A DNA stretch of 64,000 bases from Chthoniobacteraceae bacterium (GTDB lineage: Bacteria; Verrucomicrobiota; Verrucomicrobiia; Chthoniobacterales; Chthoniobacteraceae), in assembly GCA_040081625.1 (NCBI GenBank), contig JBEBGD010000002.1, forward strand, positions 32,001-96,000. The letters are read 5' to 3'. The translations under genes were made by a program, and so were the position numbers. The notes beneath the pieces were generated by a model that saw only the letters and a program-made list of their open reading frames with translations, was not told the DNA's origin and did not search any database. Each line of letters starts with the position of its first letter. Within the stretch, counting starts at the first letter, position 1. Of the stretch, positions 57,546 through 64,000 are shown in pieces.

Positions 57546-60218
57546 ATGCGCCCCCATCACACACCCGAGCAGCTCCGATTGGATGAAGACGCGAAGCGTG
57601 AAAAGAACTGGAAACGCTGGGGGCCGTATCTCTCCGAGCGGCAGTGGGGCACGGTTCGCGAGGACTACTCGCCCGATGGCGACGCGTGGAATTTCTTCCC
57701 GCACGAGCACGCGCGCTCGCGCGCCTATCGCTGGGGCGAGGACAGCCTGCTCGGCTGGAGCGACCGCGAGTGCCGGATGTGTTTCGGGCTCGCGCTGTGG
57801 AATGGGCGCGACCCGTTTTTGAAGGAGCGGCTCTTCGGGCTGACCAATCCGCAGGGCAACCACGGTGAGGACGTGAAGGAGTGGTATTGGTATCTCGCCT
57901 CGACGCCGACGCACAGCTACGCGCGGGCGCTCTACAAATATCCGCACGCCGAGTTTCCCTACGCGCAGATCATCGAGGAAAACGCGCGTCGCTCGAAGGA
58001 CGAACTCGAGTTCGAGATCGAGAACACCGGCGTCTTTGACGATGAGCGTTACTTCGATGTCTCCGTCGAATACGCGAAGGCGGGGCCGGACGACACGCTC
58101 ATCCGCATCACCGTCGCCAACCGTGGCCCGGAAGCGGCGACGATCCACGTGCTGCCGACGCTGTGGTTTCGCAACGTCTGGTCGTGGGGACCGGGCAAGC
58201 ACCCGAAGCCGCACATGGAGCGCGACGGCGACCAGCGCGTGATCGCGACGCACGCGACGCTCGGGCGGTTTCACTTCGAGAGCGCCGACGCGCGACCGTG
58301 GCTCTTCACCGAGAACGACACGAACCTCGAGAAGCTCTGGCAGTGCCCGAATCAATCGCACTTCGTGAAGGATGCCTTCCACGAATTCGTCGTGAACGGG
58401 AAGCGCGACGCGGTGAATCCCGCGATGCGCGGGACCAAGTGCGCGCCGCACTACGTGCTCGATATTCCCGGTGGCGATGAGCGCGTGATCGAGATGCGCC
58501 TGCGCCACGAGGATTGCGCCACGCACGGCGCATGGGCGGACTTCGACAAGATCTTTCATCAGCGCTCCGCGGAGATGGACGAGTTTTACGCCTCGCGCCT
58601 GCCGGCGAATCTCACCGAGGATCATCGCCGCGTCGTGACGCAGGCCTACGCCGGGCTGCTGTGGTCGAAGCAGTATTACGAATACGTCGTGAAGAACTGG
58701 ATCGAAGGCGATCCCTCGCAGCCCAAGCCGCCGCCCGGGCACGCGAAGTCGCGCAACTTCGAGTGGCTGCACCTCCACAACAGCGACGTGATCTCGATGC
58801 CGGATAAATGGGAATACCCGTGGTATGCGGCGTGGGATCTCGCCTTCCACATGATCCCGTTTTCGCGCATCGACCGCGACTTCGCGAAGGGCCAGCTCCA
58901 GCTTTTCCTGCGCGAGTGGTTCATGCACCCGAACGGGCAAATCCCCGCCTACGAGTGGAACTTCGGCGACGTGAATCCGCCCGTTCACGCGTGGGCCTGC
59001 TGGCGCGCCTACAAGATCAGTGCGCCCGTCGGAAAGCGCGACACGCTCTTCCTCGAGCGCTGTTTTCAAAAACTGCTGCTCAACTTCACGTGGTGGGTCA
59101 ACCGCAAGGATCCGGGCGGCAAAAACATCTTCGGCGGCGGTTTCCTCGGGCTCGACAATATCGGGCTCTTCGACCGCTCCAACCCGCTGCCGGGCGGCCG
59201 CACACTCCAGCAGGCCGACGGCACCGCATGGATGGCCTTCTACTGCGCGACGATGCTCTCGATGGCGCTCGAACTCGCGCGCACGCGGCCCGCTTACGAA
59301 GACATCGCGAGCAAGTTCTTCGAGCACTTCGTCGATATCATCGACGCGATGAACACGCTCGGCGGCGACGGTCTGTGGCATGAAGAAGACGGCTTCTATT
59401 ACGACCAGATCCTCGTCGATGACGGCACCGAGATTCCGCTGCGCGTGCGTTCACTCGTCGGCATCATCCCGCTGCTCGCGGTCGAAGTGCTCGACCAGGA
59501 AACCATCAAGGCGCTGCCCGAGTTCCGGAAACGGATGCGCTGGTTCGTGGACAACCGGCCCGAGCTCGCAAAGCACGTCACCTACATGGAGCGCTGCCCG
59601 AAGCCCGGCGCGCCAGAGGAGGAACTGCGCATCATCGGCATCCCGAGCAAGGAACGGCTCACGCGTGTGCTGCGCTACGTGCTCGATGAAAGCGAATTCC
59701 TCTCGCCCTTTGGCGTGCGCTCGCTGAGCGCGGCGTATCGCAACAATCCCTTCGTTTTGCATCTCGACGGCGCGGAGCATTCGATCTCCTACGAGCCGGG
59801 CGAAAGCCGCACGGGGATGTTCGGCGGCAACTCGAACTGGCGGGGGCCGATCTGGTTCCCGATCAATTACCTGCTCATCGAGGCGCTCGAGAAATACCAC
59901 CACTTCTACCGCGACGACGTGAAGGTCGAATGCCCGACCGGCTCGGGGAACTGGATCAACCTCAAGCAGGTCGCGCTCGAACTCGCCACGCGTCTGTCCC
60001 GCCTCTTCCTGCGGGACAAAGACGGACGCCGCCCGTGCTACGGCGATGACCCGCGCTTCGTCGATAACGCGCACTGGCGCGACCACGTGCAGTTCCACGA
60101 ATACTTCCACGGCGACACCGGTCGCGGTCTCGGCGCCGCGCACCAGACCGGTTGGACCGCGCTGATCACCCGCTGCATCAACATGGCCGCGCGCGAAGAA
60201 GAATTTAGGGGAGGTTGA
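57546..60218 (+). CDS. GH63/MGH1-like glycoside hydrolase (glucosidase)
   Basis: WGPYLSERQWGTVREDYS, MPDKWEYPWYAAWD, HQTGWT. Confidence 0.92.
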   Translation: MRPHHTPEQLRLDEDAKREKNWKRWGPYLSERQWGTVREDYSPDGDAWNFFPHEHARSRAYRWGEDSLLGWSDRECRMCFGLALWNGRDPFLKERLFGLTNPQGNHGEDVKEWYWYLASTPTHSYARALYKYPHAEFPYAQIIEENARRSKDELEFEIENTGVFDDERYFDVSVEYAKAGPDDTLIRITVANRGPEAATIHVLPTLWFRNVWSWGPGKHPKPHMERDGDQRVIATHATLGRFHFESADARPWLFTENDTNLEKLWQCPNQSHFVKDAFHEFVVNGKRDAVNPAMRGTKCAPHYVLDIPGGDERVIEMRLRHEDCATHGAWADFDKIFHQRSAEMDEFYASRLPANLTEDHRRVVTQAYAGLLWSKQYYEYVVKNWIEGDPSQPKPPPGHAKSRNFEWLHLHNSDVISMPDKWEYPWYAAWDLAFHMIPFSRIDRDFAKGQLQLFLREWFMHPNGQIPAYEWNFGDVNPPVHAWACWRAYKISAPVGKRDTLFLERCFQKLLLNFTWWVNRKDPGGKNIFGGGFLGLDNIGLFDRSNPLPGGRTLQQADGTAWMAFYCATMLSMALELARTRPAYEDIASKFFEHFVDIIDAMNTLGGDGLWHEEDGFYYDQILVDDGTEIPLRVRSLVGIIPLLAVEVLDQETIKALPEFRKRMRWFVDNRPELAKHVTYMERCPKPGAPEEELRIIGIPSKERLTRVLRYVLDESEFLSPFGVRSLSAAYRNNPFVLHLDGAEHSISYEPGESRTGMFGGNSNWRGPIWFPINYLLIEALEKYHHFYRDDVKVECPTGSGNWINLKQVALELATRLSRLFLRDKDGRRPCYGDDPRFVDNAHWRDHVQFHEYFHGDTGRGLGAAHQTGWTALITRCINMAAREEEFRGG

Positions 60219-60257
60219 AACACTTCTTCGCCGTGGTTGTCGCCGCGCTGGGGGCCG

Positions 60258-62762
60258 TCAATTCGCGCCGCGCTCGCGGAGAAACGCGAGCAGGTCGCGG
60301 ATCTCGCGGTCGGTCAGCATCGTGAGCAAGCCGGGCGGCATGACCGACGTCTGAAGCTCCGTGCGGCTGACCACTTCTGCGCGGTTGATCTGGCGCTCCG
60401 TGCCCGTGAGGTCGCGGAAGACCGCGGTAGCCCCGCCGCCGTCGCGCAGCGGGATGCCGACGAAGGTCGAGCCATCCTTCATCTCCAGAGCAGTGGCGTA
60501 GAACTGCGGCGCCACGTCGCGGCTCGGATCGAGGATCGCCTGGAGCAGCCACGCTTCATCGTTCTGCCCGCCGATCGCCGTGAGGTCCGGGCCCACGATG
60601 CTGCCGCGTCCGCTGCGCTGGTGGCAGTTCGAGCACTGTGCGATGCGCGGGTTGAAAAAGATGCGCTCGCCGGCTTCGGGGTCGGGCTTGGTCTTCTGCT
60701 GTGAGAGGAGTTGTTGCCACTTCGCGATGTCGTCCAGCGGCGGGCGCGTCGGCGGGGTGGAGATCGCGGCGACGAGATCGGCGGACGCGGGGAACTTCTT
60801 CGCCGTCTCGCGGAGCTTCGCTTTCTGCTCGTCGGTCAGCGTGCTGATGCGAAGCGCGCGCAACGCTTCCTCGCGGATGGTCGCGTCGGCGTTCGCGCTC
60901 AACTTGATGAGCAGCGGGATGTCATTCAGTCCGGTGGTCGCTTCCGCGCGCAGCCGCGGCGGGCGCGATTCGTTGCCGGCGATTTCCGCGAGCGCGGATT
61001 CGTCGCCGGTCCGCGCGATCGCGCGCACGGCTTCGATCGCCAGATCGTCGTCCTTCAAGTCGAGCAAGCCGCGCAGGAAGTTGGTGGTGAGTTGTTTCGG
61101 CTTCGCGCGCAGCAGGCGCAGCGCGAACGCGCGCACGCGCGGCGGTGAGCCGGCGTCGCGAACGCGCTCGAGCAGCATCGCGGGATTGTCCACGCCGGCG
61201 CGCGGGTTGTCGTTCAGCGTGTTCAGCGCGGCGAGGCAGGCTTCGAAGCCGCGGTAGTCGAGATTGGACGCGCGCAGCTTCGCTTCGACCAGCGGCAGCA
61301 GCGCGGTCAGGCGTTCGTCGGCGATCCAGCGGAGCGCCTCGAACTGCAAATCGCCGCTCGCGTCGGCGAGGAAGATGCGCGGCCAGTTCTCGTCCTTCGG
61401 CTGCGCGAGCTTGAGTGCGATGCACGCGGTGACGCGATCGCGCACGCTCATCTTCGCGATGCGACCGCTCCACGCTGCCGCGTCCCGCGCGAGCGCGAGC
61501 AGGGCGTAGCGCGCGAGGAATGGATCGTTCCCGCGCGCAGTCGCGAAGTTTTCATCGACGCTCCCGGCCTTCGCCCGCGGCGGCGTTTCGGGTGCGGCGG
61601 GCGCGATCCACTCGCGCGCGGCGACGGGATCGATCTCCAGCTTCCACACGCGGCCGCGCTGATGGATCGGATACGAGCCGAAGACCCAGTCGGCGAAATA
61701 ATAGACGCTCCCGGAGACGCGGGCGACGCAGGTCGGGCGGAAGAATTCGCTGCCGCGGACGATCGGCACGCGCGCGGAGGTGTAGCTCGCGCCGCGGACT
61801 TGAAGCGGAAAGAAGTCGATGCGGTGATCGGTCCACGACGACGCGAGGAGTCCGCCGCCGAGCGGTTGCAGACCGCACGGCGCTTCGCCGCTCGGGCAGA
61901 TCATCGGCAGCGTGCCGCGCAATTCGCCATTCCAGCAGACGAAGGGATGCGACGGGGATTCGCCGTAGATGCGCTGGTAGCCGTAGTCGCCGCCTTCGAC
62001 GATGTGCAGCAGGCGGCATGGCGGGCGGCTGCCGGGATCGTTTTCGGCTGCGAAGATTTCGCCGTCGGCGCGGACGCACAGGCCGAACGGGTTCCAGAAT
62101 CCGACGGCGATCTTGCGGAGGTTCGCGCCGTCGGCGGTGCAGCGGAAGATGCCGCCGCCCGCGCCTTCGCCGCGCAGTGTGACGCCGTCCGTGCCGACGA
62201 GATCCCACTGCTTCCACATGTTTTCGCCGAGCGAGATGACGAGGTCGCCGGACGGATGCCATGCGAGGCCGGAGAGGCCGTTGTGCGGATAAGTCTCGGT
62301 GGTTTTCAGCACGGCGATGTTCTCCTCACGGTCGCCGCGGCCGTCGCCGTCGGTGTCCTTCACGCGCAGGATGCGGCTGCGTTCGGCGAGATAAACCCAG
62401 CCGTCCGGTCCGAGCACGAGGCCCATCGTGTCCTTGGTGCGGTCGTAGAAAAGCGTGCGTGTTTGCGCGCGGCCGTCTGCATCGGGATTCGAGAGAACCA
62501 CGATCTCGTCGTGCTCCGGGCCGGGATAATCCGCGGGCCGGAAATGGGTGTGCGAGGCGGCGACCCACACGCGGCCCTGCTTGTCCACATCGATGCCGGT
62601 CGGTGTGACGATCTGCGGATCCTCGGCGACGAGCGTGAGCTTCACGCCCGGCTTGAGGAGTTGAATTTTCGGCGGGCAGTCGGCGGGCACGACCGGCATC
62701 GCCGGCGGCGGTGCGGCGAAGGCGCTGATCCCGCCGAGCGCGAGCAGCGCCAGGCGGTTCAT
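60258..62762 (-). CDS. PVC-type heme-binding CxxCH protein (beta-propeller, HEAT repeats, cytochrome c)
   Basis: DTDGDG, GFWNPF, HEAT-like helices, CSNCH...GPDL; ATG at 62762. Confidence 0.9.
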   Translation of the reverse strand: MNRLALLALGGISAFAAPPPAMPVVPADCPPKIQLLKPGVKLTLVAEDPQIVTPTGIDVDKQGRVWVAASHTHFRPADYPGPEHDEIVVLSNPDADGRAQTRTLFYDRTKDTMGLVLGPDGWVYLAERSRILRVKDTDGDGRGDREENIAVLKTTETYPHNGLSGLAWHPSGDLVISLGENMWKQWDLVGTDGVTLRGEGAGGGIFRCTADGANLRKIAVGFWNPFGLCVRADGEIFAAENDPGSRPPCRLLHIVEGGDYGYQRIYGESPSHPFVCWNGELRGTLPMICPSGEAPCGLQPLGGGLLASSWTDHRIDFFPLQVRGASYTSARVPIVRGSEFFRPTCVARVSGSVYYFADWVFGSYPIHQRGRVWKLEIDPVAAREWIAPAAPETPPRAKAGSVDENFATARGNDPFLARYALLALARDAAAWSGRIAKMSVRDRVTACIALKLAQPKDENWPRIFLADASGDLQFEALRWIADERLTALLPLVEAKLRASNLDYRGFEACLAALNTLNDNPRAGVDNPAMLLERVRDAGSPPRVRAFALRLLRAKPKQLTTNFLRGLLDLKDDDLAIEAVRAIARTGDESALAEIAGNESRPPRLRAEATTGLNDIPLLIKLSANADATIREEALRALRISTLTDEQKAKLRETAKKFPASADLVAAISTPPTRPPLDDIAKWQQLLSQQKTKPDPEAGERIFFNPRIAQCSNCHQRSGRGSIVGPDLTAIGGQNDEAWLLQAILDPSRDVAPQFYATALEMKDGSTFVGIPLRDGGGATAVFRDLTGTERQINRAEVVSRTELQTSVMPPGLLTMLTDREIRDLLAFLRERGAN

Positions 62763-63106
62763 CGTCCGCTGCGGGCGTTTTCCTTTTGGCGGGCGATCTT
62801 GGTGCGGCGCTTGTCGGTGAGCTTGGTCTTCCGCTTGCGGAGTTGGCGCGCAAGTTTGTCGCCGGCGAGATCGAGCGCGGCGTGGAGGGTCTCGGCGGTG
62901 ACGTCGGCGTGCACGTCCTTTCCGGGGACTGCGAGGTGCGCCTTCACGCCAAAGCGATGCACGGGCTTGGCGGCTTCGTCGTGATAGACCACGAGATGCA
63001 CGGCGATGAGGTCGGCGAGGTCTTCGAGCGCAGCGACGACGCCAGCAGCGTGAACGTGGATGGACGGGCTCAGGGTGAGATTGCGCGGGCTGAGGTGTAA
63101 TTGCAT
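62759..63106 (-). CDS. hpf: HPF/RaiA ribosome hibernation factor
   Basis: RNLTLSPSI...HAALDLAGDKLARQLRKRK. Confidence 0.85.
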   Translation of the reverse strand: MQLHLSPRNLTLSPSIHVHAAGVVAALEDLADLIAVHLVVYHDEAAKPVHRFGVKAHLAVPGKDVHADVTAETLHAALDLAGDKLARQLRKRKTKLTDKRRTKIARQKENARSGR

Positions 63107-63230
63107 AACCCTGCGTTAAGGGACACGCGGCCTGATCGCAAGTGGCGCGGCGCGGCAGAAAATCCGTTGACGCTCGATTTGCCCCGCCCATGCTGCGCGC
63201 CCCGCCGCCCCGGAGCGGGATCATTTACAT

Positions 63231-64000
63231 ATGGCAGAAGACCTTTCCTACGTTCTCGTCACGCCGCACACCCTTCGCAAGAGCCGCACCGGCGGCATCC
63301 TCGCGCGGCTGATCTCGCGCACGGGGCTCGACCTCGTGGCGGCGCGGATGTTTGCGCCGGGCAAGGAACTGGTCGAGCGCTACGCGGCGCAGATCGTGAC
63401 CGACGAGGACGATCCGCGGCATCGAGCGACACAGGAGCTGATCCGCAAATACGTGCTCGAGAAATTCATGCCGCCTGCGCAGGGCTCGAAGCCGCGCGTG
63501 CTGCTGCTCGTCTTCAAGGGCGAGGATGCGGTCGCGAAGATCCGCGGCACGGTCGGGCACATCGTGAATGAACGCACGAGCGGCGAGACGATCCGCGACA
63601 CGTATGGCGATTACACGATCGATGCACACGAGAACGTGACCTACTTCGAGCCCGCGGTGCTCGCGCCGCCGGATGACGCATGCGCCGAGCGCGACCTGCG
63701 GTTGTGGGCGGAGTATTCGGACACGGACGGCGGCCTGCTCGAAGGCGCCGTCGAGTTTCCTGCAGGCTCGAAAGTCGAGAAGACGCTCGTGCTCATCAAG
63801 CCGGACAACTTCCGCTTCGCGAGCGCACGGCCCGGCGGTGTCATCGATCTTTTCTCCCGCACCGGCCTCTACATCGTCGCGTGCAAGGTCCACCGGATGA
63901 GCGTCGCGCAAGCCGAGGAATTCTACGGCCCCGTGCTCGACGTGCTCCAGGACAAGCTGCGCGGTCGCACCGGCGAGACGGTGCGCAAGCTCGTCGAGGT
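63231..64000 (+). CDS. ndk: long (duplicated-domain) nucleoside-diphosphate kinase, truncated by the window end
   Basis: MAEDLSYVLVTP...TIRDTYG and a second domain EKTLVLIKPD...AEEFY; absent from the ORF track because there is no stop. Confidence 0.85.
   Translation, partial: MAEDLSYVLVTPHTLRKSRTGGILARLISRTGLDLVAARMFAPGKELVERYAAQIVTDEDDPRHRATQELIRKYVLEKFMPPAQGSKPRVLLLVFKGEDAVAKIRGTVGHIVNERTSGETIRDTYGDYTIDAHENVTYFEPAVLAPPDDACAERDLRLWAEYSDTDGGLLEGAVEFPAGSKVEKTLVLIKPDNFRFASARPGGVIDLFSRTGLYIVACKVHRMSVAQAEEFYGPVLDVLQDKLRGRTGETVRKLVE

Overview
GC-rich host DNA, probably Verrucomicrobia (Chthoniobacterales-like; inferred from the PVC-type gene families), flanks a ~44.8 kb integrative element of visibly lower GC. 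The element sits in the 3' end of the tmRNA gene, bounded by a perfect 28-bp direct repeat (9420-9447 and 54202-54229). Right end: tyrosine integrase, likely excisionase, and a Rep-like gene next to a symmetric iteron-type origin candidate. Middle: a co-oriented DNA-handling module (Cas4/AddB-like nuclease, WGR-ATP-dependent ligase, a small putative histone-fold protein, beta-clamp-like protein, DUF932), a type I R-M system, and several defence-like nucleases. Cargo also includes an H1-like basic protein, a broken SWIB gene, two ASCH gene remnants, an attC-like site and a Verrucomicrobia-type LexA box. I recognised no relaxase, T4SS or virion genes. All calls come from reading motifs by eye; no searches were run. 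The most striking candidate is a chromatin-like toolkit on a mobile element, with the histone-fold gene translationally coupled to a DNA ligase.
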